DNA of 64,000 nt. It comes from Vitrella brassicaformis CCMP3155. Its lineage: Eukaryota; Protista; Chromerida. A program made the translations under genes and the position numbers. The stretch spans positions 112,933-176,932 of the forward strand of contig CDMY01000176.1 in the NCBI GenBank assembly GCA_001179505.1, read 5' to 3'. Of the stretch, positions 40,550 through 54,346 are shown piece by piece. Position 1 is the first letter of the stretch; each line of letters opens with the position of its first letter. The notes beneath the pieces are model-generated. The model searched no databases. It had not been told where the DNA came from and saw nothing but the letters and a program-made list of their open reading frames with translations.

Positions 40550-41114
40550 GGAGGGAGTGACCACGTGTGTGTTCGGAATGTGTGCCTCAGGCGAGTGCCC
40601 CTCCCTCAGCCTCTCACATGTACACAGGGACGCCCCTGGTCTCCACGACAATCGGCAACTCCAACTCCCCATCCCCCAGCTGCCGTCCACCCCGCTCTTG
40701 AGCACTCTCCCTCTTCACCATGGCACGGCCCTCCTCCCGTCCGGCCACTTCGACTTCCACCTCCACCTCCATCCCATCGTCCTCGACGGCATCGTCATTG
40801 CAGGTCTTGAAGTTCGTGGTCGGCTCGTCCTCTGCTGCCAGCAGTCGGTCTCTCTCACTCGCAATGGACGAGGTGCCGTGATGCGCGGGCTGCCGACGGC
40901 GGTGCTGATGATTGTGGGAGGAGTAGTGCCGGTGGTGACACAGTCCACAATAGGGCGGCGGGAAGGCGCTGATGGGATGGGTGGTGGGGAGATGGAGGCA
41001 TCTGATGAACTGCTCAACCGCAGCTTGAGCCGGGTGTTTGTGATACGACCGGGAGTCGGCAATAAGACTCCTGGCGGACGAAATCTGATGCCACGGACGC
41101 TGAATGCGCTGCAT
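38708..41114 (-). CDS. rtcB: Bacterial (E. coli)-type RtcB RNA 2',3'-cyclic phosphate/3'-phosphate-5'-OH ligase with an approximately 150-aa N-terminal extension
   Basis: AMPDVHLGKGATIGSV, PNAVGVDIGCGM, LGTLGGGNHFIE, LHSGSRNIG, IHHNY, TRKGAT, GIIPGSMG, SCSHGAGRRMSR and DEAPTAYKD..VKG*. All known catalytic residues are present. Confidence 0.96.
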
Positions 41115-41302
41115 CAGTAGACGTGGGCGTGGCTCACCTTTTAGTTTCCTGCGAGCTTAGAAATGGCGAGCTCATGATTCCCGAATTCCCCCTTAACTCG
41201 TCCACGACCAGCAGTGTCAAGATGACCGAGATCCCCCCACGAGAAAGGGGGCAATCAATCTTTTAACCCTCCTCTGACGCTCCATCCCCTTCCATCCATG
41301 CC

Positions 41303-44300
41303 ATGGAGCAAGAGCCATCGACCTCTCTGGGCGCTCGGCGCCTCCTGCCCCTCTCAATCGAGGCCCCGCCACCATCCCGCTCCATCACTGGCAGCTCATC
41401 AGCCGGGCTGGGGAGGCTGCCCACGACCCCGTCGGCAGCTTATGACCACCTGTTGAGCTACGAGCGGGCCACGATCTGGCTGCACTATGCCAGGTACGCC
41501 GAGGAGTACGTGCCGGAGGACTGCTTCCAGACGGCCATGCAGGTGCGGCTGTTCAAGTGGCGGCGGCGGTGCCTGCCGCTCATCAGGGGTGTGTTCTTTG
41601 TCTACTTGGTGGCTGCCTTTGTGGAGTGGCCGTCGTGGTGTCTGGAGAGGGAGTGCGGGCCGCCCAGCAATGTGCTGCGGTCGGATTTGCCGCTGTGGCC
41701 GCCGTGGGTGACGCGGCTGATTGAGCTGGGCTGTCTGCTCTGCATACTTGCCTACTACATCCTTGCCGGAAAAACGCGTAGGCCTGCCTGCCTGCCTGCT
41801 GTGGGCACAAGCGAACACGTGACACCTCTGTGTGCTGTGCTACATTGTTGACTTGATGCAGTTCGGTTCTTCCCCTGGACATGGTGCCTGCTGGTGCTGA
41901 CCGCTCTGTCCCTCCTCGACGTGAGCACGGCGTGCTTCAACACGATCGGCATCGTGCCCACCACCTTCAGGCTGTCGCGGCTGCTGCGGCCACTGATCTT
42001 CTGCCTGGGGTCCTTGACGATGCGGACGACGGTGATGCGCATCGCGCAGACGGTGCCCAACACTATTCAGGTGTTCGGGATCATCTTCCTGTCGGTGCTG
42101 GTGTTCGGCTGGGTGGGGGTGATATTCTTCAGCGGCACCGGGGGACACGCCGAGTTCCCCACCTTCAAGTACTCAGTCAAGTCGCTTTTCGTCTCACTCA
42201 CCACTGCAAACTTCCCACAGGTGACCTGACGTCTGTGCTGTGTGTGTCCGCTGTCCGTCCAGTCCATTGGGGTGTCCCTCCACGGTCTGTCTGTCTGTCT
42301 ACTGGGGTGTGCTCGTGTGTGTGTCAATCAGGTGATGCTGAGTGCGTACGCCGACAACCGTGCCGCGCCGATCTTCTTCGTGCTCTTCACCTTCCTGGTC
42401 ATGACCCTCCTCATGAACGTCCTCCTGGCGGCCATCTACAACAGCTACAAGGAGGTGCTCCGCGAGTGGGTCCTGCAGTTCTACCTCAACCGCAACCGGG
42501 CCCTCCAGGCCGCCTTCGACCTCCTCAAGAACAAAGACGGCGTCGTCACCATGGACGAGTGGTGCGCCTTCTTCTCTCACTGGAGCGGTGGGGATAGGGA
42601 AGGCGGTGGAGGTGGGGTGATGCACGTGAAGCGGGGGAGGCGGCTGTTCCGGTGTCTGGACACCGACCACAATGGGGACTTGACCGAAGACGAGTTCATG
42701 CTCCTCATACGCGTTATGACTGAGAAAGGTCGGTCGGGGACACACAGACACACACACACACACAGAGAGAGAGATGGATGGATGGATGTGTGTGGTGTGT
42801 GTCCACCAGATGTGGTGGTGTTGCGCTACCCTCCCGAGAGCAAGGCGCGGATCCGCCGGCTGGTGGCCATCTGCCTCAGCAGACGGTTCGACATACTCAT
42901 CGACGTCCTCATCACCATCTCGGTCATCATCACATGCACACAGGTGACGGACGTCTCAGGACTCTCTCTCCCTCCCTCCCTCCCTCCCTCTCTTACCCAC
43001 ACCGACCTCTCTGTCTGTCTGTCTCTGTGTGCGTCAGACAATGATGTTCGTCGAGGCGTCCACCGCCCTGCATCAGCACACCACGACGGGCGAGGGGCAG
43101 CCGCCCGACCACCACCCCGTGGCGTGTTTCTACTCGTCAGCAGCGCTCTACTACCTCCAGCTGGCGCTCTCCGCCACCTACGCGGCAGAGCTCGCCTTCA
43201 AGATCAGCGTCCTGGGCTTCGAGCGCTTCTGGAAGATACACCCCCTCAGAAACAGGTTAATGGGTGACCTGACTGACCTGCCACACACGGATTGATGGCG
43301 TCTCTTTCTCGCCCATTCTCTCTCTCTCTCTCTCTCTCCCTGTCTCTCTGTCTCTCTGTCTGTGTGTCTGTGTGTGCAGGTTTGACCTTTATGCGGTGAT
43401 TCCCCTGGTGCTGGCCGAGGCGCTGTTTCTGATTGAGGGCCGCGGGGGCGTGGGCCACGTGTTTGTGGAGCGGGGCGAGGGCGCCGCGGGGTGGTGCATG
43501 TCCGGCCTGGGAAGGTTCCTGGCCTTCCTGAGGATGCAGCGGGGCATCAGGCTGCTCTTCAACTTCGAAAGGCTGCAGACATTTGTAAGCCCTGCAGGCA
43601 CTGCACTGCACACACCGAGGGAGGGAGGGGAAGGCATAATGACTGACGTCACGTCCATGTGTGTGGATGTGTGTGTGGTGCATTGCAGGCGACTGAGCTG
43701 GCCTCAGTGTTGACGAGCTTCAACACGATCGCGGGGCTGCTGATAGTGGTCTTCTACGTGTACGCCACGGTGGGCATCCAGCTGTTCGGCGGCCGCATGA
43801 CGCTCGACAAGGTCGCCAACCGCATCATGGGCGCCGTCAACACCGTCACTGATGCCAACGTCACCGTCACCATGCCCCTCAGTGTCGAGGTCAATGGCAC
43901 CTCGTCAGCGTCACTGCCGCCTTTGCTGGAGCACGCCACTTTGGAGGCGCTGCTCAACTTCAACGACTTCTACTCGTCGTTGATCACGCTGATCGTGCTC
44001 ATGATCAACGGCTGGCATGACACGCTCGAGGTGCGCACCGCACGTGTGTGGGGGGTGGGTGGGGAGGCCTATTGGGTGGACCAGGAGGGAGGGAGTTGTG
44101 TGTTGTGTGATGTGTGATGTGTGTGTCAGATCTATCTGGAGGAGACGTCTGAGTGGTGCGGGCTGTTCTTCGCGAGTTTCTACATCCTGTGTGTCCTGAT
44201 CGTGCTCAACTGTTTCATGGCCCTCATACTCGAGGCCTTCGACCACGTACGCACCTCCACCCACCTCCACCACCAGCACACCACACACCGAACGAACGAC

Positions 44301-45080
44301 TCACTCATCGGTCCCTTCCTGTGGCTGTGGCTCTGTGTGCATCAATCATATGTCATTCACTTATCGGTGCCCACAGGTGAGTGAGGGCCCGTCGAGCGAC
44401 CCCACCCGCCACCGTATCGCGTCCGCACCTGGCGTCGCACGAGAGGAGGTCGGCCCTTTCCTTCCCAGATGCGCTCGCTGCACACGAAAGAGCACAGAGC
44501 CCATTGGTGGTGTGATTTGACCTTCCCTTCCTCCGCCATCCTATTCATTTGCCAGGTTTTGCGGAAGATGTTTGCCGACGAGTTGGACTGGCTCGACAAG
44601 TCATCCAGCTTCTACATCTCCACCTCGTCCGGCATATCGGCGTCACGCATCATGCGACAGCCCACTGGAGGCGCTCTCGCCTCCGTCCGCGGCCCCTCCC
44701 CCTTCTCACCCGCCATCACGCCCCCACAGAGCCCCGTGAAGCTGCCCCCCACACATGCGGCGCAACAGCAGGGGCAGACACCGGGCAGCAAGAGCCAGAG
44801 GGAGAGATCGGGAGAGTCCTCCCCGCCACACGCATTTCTTTTCCGCGGGTCGAGCACTGACGATGAGGCCGACTCGCCCTTTGCCAGGAGTCGGTGGGAC
44901 AGCAACCACCATCACGAAGCCAGGATTGACGTTGAGGTGCCGCAGTTACCACCCGCACCAGCCCCCCCACAGCCATTGGGTGACGAGTTTGCGCGTGTCG
45001 GTGGTGGTGGTGGTGGTGACGATGGGCAGCGAGAGGAAGAGACGCGGATGGACCATCAGCACTTGTTCGGGCCGCCGTGA
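41303..45080 (+). CDS. TPC: Two-pore channel (2x6TM) with an EF-hand linker
   Basis: S4-I FRLSRLLRPL, pore-I LFVSLTTANFP, linker EF hands FDLLKNKDGVVTMDEW and CLDTDHNGDLTEDEF, S4-II RFLAFLRMQRGIRL, pore-II FNDFYSSLITLIVLMINGW and S6 LIVLNCFMALILEAF. Confidence 0.93.
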
Positions 45081-45474
45081 TGGACCGACTGCCGATAGGG
45101 AAAAGGCAGTCAGATCAGGGGGTATTTGTGTTGGTCTGTGTTGGTTTGTCGGCTGATTGGTTCGCTTTGGCTGTGGACGGACGGGACGTCTATAGCGGTG
45201 CAAGGTGCGAGTGACGTGTGTGATGGCAGTGAATGAGGCTTGTGCATAGCTCAGAGAGACAAGACAGCATGGCTGGCTGGCTGGCTGGTCCAGACGTTGT
45301 GAGATGCGACGAACACACGACACACTGTGAAGGCATTCACTACCAATGTCACTCGGATCAGTGCCAGCCACTGATAAGCGTCGGTCTGTCTGCACTGTCA
45401 ATGGTCAATTGTCAGCCACCTCGCCATTGATTCCTCTTCGCGCGCACACCCACGAGTCAGTCCATCTCTCTCTC

Positions 45475-47637
45475 TCATGTCGACAGCAGCTGTGCCTTCT
45501 CGTAGAGCGTGTCAACCACCTGCACAGCACACATCACACACACACCCCTCCCATACACCCACCAGACGGACAGAGTCTCTCCCCCCGGCTGTGTGATGTG
45601 ATTCATGTGTGTGTGTGTGTGTGGGTGTGTCTGTCTGTCTGTGTGTCTGTGTGTCTGTCTGACCTCCGACATGTTCTTGATGGACGCGAGTGCGTCCTCG
45701 TATGTCTTGCGGAGTGGCGGCTCGTCGAAGACGATCAGCACCCCGATGCCCTGATCCAGGGTGCCGTGCAGCTTCTTGTCCAGGATCATCTCGCTGATCC
45801 TACAAGGAAGAAGAAAGACAAGACACACACAGGCAGACAGACAGACAGATAGGCCATGCCAGGCCACCAGACAGACAGACAGACAGACACCCCGTCACCT
45901 CACCCCCTAGTAGGTGCCCCCCCCCCATTGCCTTGCCGACTGCCTTACTTGGTTTGCACTCTGACAAGCGGCAAGTCGATGAGCTTCGCAACGTGCTCTA
46001 TCTCAACACTGACACACACACACACACACACAAACACATGCCCACCGCACCGCACACAAATTGGATTGGATTGGGAGGTGAGGTGGCTGGGCGATGTGAT
46101 GCAGTGTGAGTTGGGTTGGGTGTGTGTGTGGAGGGGACGGACCGTGAGAAGGGCTCCAGGATGCGCAGCAGGTTCTGCTCGACGAGGGTCTCGTTGAGGT
46201 CGGTGATGTGCCGACGCACAATGGGGTCGTTCTCCAGCTCTGATGCACACACATCACATACAGGACACACACACAGCTACGTGTGCGTGTGACAGACCGA
46301 CGACCTGTTGGCCTCATTCACTTCACGTGACTCAGGTGCGTACGTGGTTTGTATTCTTCGAGAGTGCGTTCGAACATCTTGAGCGACCTCTGCTCGTGGC
46401 ACTTGGCCACCGCCACCAACGCCTCCGTCTCCTTGCCAACGTACTTCAACCCTAGACAAACACACACACACACACACACGGATGCGGCACCCATGTGGCC
46501 AGCCAGCATGGCATGTGGTGGGCATCAATCACTCACGACAGACACAACAAATGCATACCATACCTACCGCTCTTGGCGCTGATGAGTGAGTTGACCTCCC
46601 CAGCCTGGTTGCACATGATCTTGGCCAGCAACTGGTACTTCAACGCCTATACACACACACACACACACACAGACACAGACACACCACACCGATGTGTCCC
46701 TCCCTCCCTCCGTCCCCCATACATCAGCAGGCAGGCCAGGCCCTGACTGACCGTGAGTGCCCGTGGGTCGTCAGCGACGTTGAAGGCCTCAAAGCTCTCG
46801 TAGAAGTAGGAGAACGACGTCTTGTAGTCCTTCTCCTGAGCGTGCAGGACGCCGGCCTGCAGGTCGATCTCGGCCTGCAGCAGGGGCGGGCAGTGGATGC
46901 CGTTGGCGTTGGTCCGCGCCGCTGTCAAGGCCGCCTAAACACACACACACGCACAGAGAGAGAGAGAGAGAGATGATGGATGGACGAGGTGGCCAGGCAG
47001 GCCAGCAGCTGCCTACGCTGCCTACTTTGCTCTTTGGGACGTTCTGCAGTGCGAAGTGTAGTTTTGATTCGGTAAGGTGGATCTCCACGAGGAGGTGCTT
47101 GTCGTCGAGCTTCTTGACCTCCTTGCACAACGGATTGATCAGCGACAAACCCAACTGATACCGCTCCTGCTGATAATACCTGACACGCCCGACACATACA
47201 ATCATCACAGCAAACCCACACACGGATGTGTGTGAGAGGTGAGACAGGGGGCTATGTGGCTTGCTTACAGTCCTGCGAGGTCCTTTTGGACTCTGAGTCG
47301 GAGGAATGTGCGCTTCTCGTCCTTGCACCACGCAATGCAGTCCTTGCAGACCAGGATGGCCAGGTCCTCACTCCCAGGGATCTTCGTCACGTTGTCAATC
47401 AGCGTCCGCACTGAACAGAAGGAAAAGAAGCACAGCACACGCAGAGCAGACACACACACAGACAGACACACAGATACACAGACATCACATCACATCAACG
47501 CCATTAACGCACCAGTGAGTGAAGTGTGTAGTGAGTGTACCTACCGATTTTGGCTGTCCGCGCCTTGGGCAGCGTGGCAAAGAACGGCCGGATCTCTTTC
47601 ATCAAATTGCGCACCTCATCGCCCCGCCTGAATGAAC

Positions 47638-47668
<31 letters not shown>

Positions 47669-47999
47669 CTCATGACCGAACGCCACTCACTGAATGCCTT
47701 GCAACCAAGCCTCCCCACCTTTTGGAGACGTACAGCTCCCCCAGGGCATAGATGGCCTGCTCCTGTATCTTGTATGTGTCGACGCCCTCCGCCGTGTCAT
47801 TGCCGCCACCACCTCCGGCAGCAGGTCGCTCGTCCTGCCCCTCCATGGCCGTGTCTGTGTCTGTGTCGGTGCCACTTGCGATGATCTCCTTGTAGAGCTT
47901 GATGGCCTCCTCGGGGCTGGTCACCTGGGCGTCCTGCGCACGCTCCAGCTTCTTGGCCAGCGGGTGCTCCGGCACATCCACGTCCATCGGGGCAGACAT
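45475..47999 (-). CDS. RPN6: 26S proteasome regulatory subunit Rpn6 (PSMD11)
   Basis: [84 protein letters not shown] and PCI domain [30 protein letters not shown]. Confidence 0.97.
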
Positions 48000-48238
48000 G
48001 TTGTGTGTGGCCGATGAGGGTAGAGAGCCCGCCCTGCCCTGGGCTGCTCACTGATGCAAAGACAAAGAGACGGTGAGAGTGGTAGATCTGCTCGCGGGAC
48101 GGGCTGATTGACGCCTGTTTGAAGTACTGACACTGACAGCGAGATCTTCCTGAAGCAATGCGAGCTTAGCAACGATCTCATCAGCCATCACTGAACGCAG
48201 ATCTGTGCTGACCAGGCCCGCAGCAACCCACCAGGCTC

Positions 48239-48356
48239 ATCGCGGTGTTCCGCTCATTCGCATCATTCTTTCGCCTTTTACTAAAGAATGCCGTGCGTGG
48301 GACACAGTTAACGCGTCTGACGCAATTTTTGCACACCCATCGCGCCCTCGGGCGTA
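48239..48356 (+). ncRNA. U5: U5 spliceosomal snRNA
   Basis: Invariant loop I in its stem, CATTCTTTC-GCCTTTTAC-TAAAGAATG (about 48264-48290). Stem GTGTTCCGC/GCGTGGGACAC, Sm site AATTTTTG at 48324-48331 and 3' stem-loop CGCC-CTCG-GGCG. Order and spacing match metazoan U5. Ends are approximate. Confidence 0.93.
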
Positions 48357-48405
48357 ACTGTCATGATGAGTACTATATGGCAGATGCACTCCAAGAAGGT
48401 GCTCT

Positions 48406-48448
48406 ACGGCAGATGCACCAGTGATGCGATGACTGGTGCATCTGCCGT
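48406..48448. repeat. Perfect 17-bp inverted repeat with a 9-nt loop
   Basis: ACGGCAGATGCACCAGT (48406-48422) is the exact reverse complement of ACTGGTGCATCTGCCGT (48432-48448). Confidence 0.95.
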
Positions 48449-49732
48449 GTCAGTCGTATCACTCGGCGCCCTCGGGCAATAGTGGCAGTGCTCTCCCAGC
48501 GCACTCGGGCGTAGCCACGCAGGGAGAGGGCAAGTGTAGGTGTGTTGTGTGTGGGTTCTGTTGAAATGTGGTGATGGAATTCGTCGGTGTGAGAAAACGC
48601 GTTCATCATCGTCAATATAAAAGTTACACCGATCTGGCCACCGAGCCACCACACATGTAGCCCTGTCCCTCGTGTGTGCAGGAAAAAAAGAAGATGGAGC
48701 TTCAGATGCGCAGCCACACGGCATACCGCCCCCCCCCCCGCGAAGGAAAAAACGAGCACACTGTGTCTGTTCGGGCCCATTTCCATGCACTGCACTGTAG
48801 CTCGTCTCACCCATCCGCCCTCTGTCGGCACCGAGTGACTCTGATCGCGTGGAGGCCATCAGAGGCAAGCGATGGCGCCCGGAGGCGAACGGACACGAGC
48901 CACATTGCTACAACGAGTGGAAGGAATGCACCGATCATCAAGATGTGATGTAAGGGAGCGTGACAGGGACCCACCTGCCTGAGCTCCTCTCGCGTCGGTG
49001 TTAATCGGACGGACACCGACAGACAGATGGACAAGACACACACGACACAAAAGTCAGCAGCCACGGCAGCTTGACAGATACGTGTGTGCGCGTGAGTGTG
49101 TAGAGACCCCTCCCTCCCTCACTCACTCACTCACTCGTCACACACCACATCGCTCCCCACAACAACAGCCGCCGTTCGCTCTTGGTGTCACGTATGGCTC
49201 ACGCTCTCCCTCTGGTCGGCTGCAGGGCTGTGGGCTGCCATGAAGCTGGGCAGAGGAAGCTGCACAGTCACACGTCAACACCAGAGCAGAACGATAGAAG
49301 AGGCCGGTGTCGGACAGCACAAGACACCCGGCAGTCAGACAATCGCAAGGCAGAAAAATCGCTGCCGCGCTCCATTGAAAGCCATCCAGCCATCCGTCCG
49401 TCCGTCAGGTGTCATCTCTCAGCCTAGTGTACACTACACGACCAAACAATCCGATCCACTCACTGCGTATGTATCGAGCCAAGGCCAGGCAGAGAGGCAT
49501 TGCATTCAGGAAGGAAGACAGGCAGAGAGAGAGAGGGAGAGAGAGAGAGCGAATAAAAGCACCACCGGTCGGTCGGATGACACATGGACACACACCCAGG
49601 CAGGTTGTATGTAAGTCTGCACGTAGAGGCACTGGACGTACTGCAGGCAGTGATATAAAGGAAGGCAGCCACGATGCAATCAGTGAATGCACGCATCCCT
49701 CCCTCCCTCCCTCCCTCCCTCGAGACACCCGA

Positions 49733-52393
<2,661 letters not shown>

Positions 52394-52576
52394 CGAGGAC
52401 GATAGATGCAGGCGAGAAACACACCAGAGCTGTTTTGTTGCCTGAACTCCGTGGGCCGATTTGACCAGGAAAAGCTGGGAAAAGCATTCTGGCCGGGCCT
52501 TCGTCACTGCGCAGCACCCTGAAAAAATATGCAAGATCGGCGGCTCCCCAGAGGACGTCCCAAGCCCTACAGCACC

Positions 52577-53015
52577 ATGATGGTCCTCCTCACCACCATC
52601 TTCATTACCATCGCATTCATCGGCCTTTACGAAGCTCAGCAGTGGGCGTGGCAACAGCACCTCGTTTCGGCGGATGACAACAGCAACAGGCAGCCGAGTG
52701 CGTCTGATGACCCGCAGCCCCGTCAGCGGGAGCTTGCGCCCGTCGCAGCGGCGCCAGAGCCACCTGTGTCTGTGCACAAGACTGATGAGCCGACGACCAG
52801 CTGTCTGCCCGTGGCAGTGCCAAAGCGGATGTCGCTGGAGGAGAAGGAGGCCATTGCAGACGCCTTCATGAGCGTCGTGTCGACACGCGAGGCCTTTCCG
52901 CTGTTGCTCAACTATCTGGGGATGTACCGAATCGGCACTGGCGGAGAGATTGGCGTCTATAATGGGGTACGTTGATTGACATACACAGATGGATGGATGG
53001 ATGGACTCACCTCGA

Positions 53016-53067
<52 letters not shown>

Positions 53068-53661
53068 GAATGGCATGGGCAGGAGTTTTCCGACAGGCTG
53101 CTGAGGCTATCTAGCCCGAAGCGCTATCACATGATAGAGCCGAAGGCGAAGCGGTTCTTTGAGGTCAGACGGGAGTTGCTGCAGGGGGAGAGGAGTTTTG
53201 ACATCTCCTGGCACAGAAATTACTCGCAAGAGGCGGCCTCTCTGTTCGACGACGGTTACTTCGACTTCCTCTATGTCGACGGCTCACACTCACACGACGA
53301 TGTGCTGCGCGACCTGCACCTCTACTACCCAAAGATGAGAAAGGGAGCCATCCTGGCTGGCCATGACTTTTGCGGCAAGCGCTCCAAGCAGCTGGTCAAC
53401 GTGGGCGGCAAGAAAAGGAAGATACCGTGGTGCGGCGAGTACGACACGTTGCATCAAGACCTGACGAGGAAACATGCGACGGGGGGGCGGCAGAAGAGGA
53501 GCATGAGTGGGTGTGCCAAGGCGGTCTTATCGTTCTTTCATGGTCTCAACATCACAGTGCATTTCACGAGGGAAGACAGGCCAGCGCTGGACCCCTTGAG
53601 TCAAGACCCCCACAGCCCCATCCCCCATTTGAACCCCTCGTGGTGGTGTCTAGTCAGGTGA
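52577..53661 (+). CDS. Type II membrane-anchored class I SAM methyltransferase (Methyltransf_24-like)
   Basis: N-terminal TM helix VLLTTIFITIAFIGLY, Pro/Ala stem, motif I GGEIGVYNG, FDFLYVDGSHSHDDVLRDL and LAGHDF. The gene may continue past 53661 through a GT donor into the gap. Confidence 0.82.
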
Positions 53662-54346
53662 CTGACATACACACGTGTGCGTCTGTCTGCCGGTGTGTTG
53701 TGGTGCCTGTGTGTCTGTGTGTCTGTGTGTGTGTGGGAGTGTTGTGGNNNNNNNNNNNNNNNNNNNNNNNNNNNNNNNNNNNNNNNNNNNNNNNNNNNNN
53801 NNNNNNNNNNNNNNNNNNNNNNNNNNNNNNNNNNNNNNNNNNNNNNNNNNNNNNNNNNNNNNNNNNNNNNNNNNNNNNNNNNNNNNNNNNNNNNNNNNNN
53901 NNNNNNNNNNNNNNNNNNNNNNNNNNNNNNNNNNNNNNNNNNNNNNNNNNNNNNNNNNNNNNNNNNNNNNNNNNNNNNNNNNNNNNNNNNNNNNNNNNNN
54001 NNNNNNNNNNNNNNNNNNNNNNNNNNNNNNNNNNNNNNNNNNNNNNNGGGGGGGGGGGGGGGGGGCGTGGGTGAGTCGGTGTATGCAGTGGGTAGTCGAT
54101 GGATCAACTGACTGGCGATGAGCCGCCCTAGTGTTTGCTTCGTGTGGATGCGATGCGTGCCATCACTGCCATGACTGTCGGTATGACGCTTGAATGCAAC
54201 TAAGTCCAGCCAGCAAGAGTCTCTCGCAGCATCCCATCCAAGGGTCACTTGACATCCAGACACAAACACATACACGGCGGCGCACATGGAGGCACTCGCG
54301 CATAACCACAGGCCAGGCACTCGCCTCACCAGAAATAAGCATCTTC

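Noticed and set aside
8379-48356. Possible nucleic-acid repair system (Hrq1/DUF1998, Nudix, RtcB, U5) by analogy with bacterial defence or repair operons
   Set aside because: These are independent intron-rich eukaryotic genes spread over 40 kb in mixed orientations; no operon logic applies.
48363-48369. C-box-like ATGATGA just after U5
   Set aside because: No D box (CTGA) at a suitable distance, so a C/D snoRNA is not supported.
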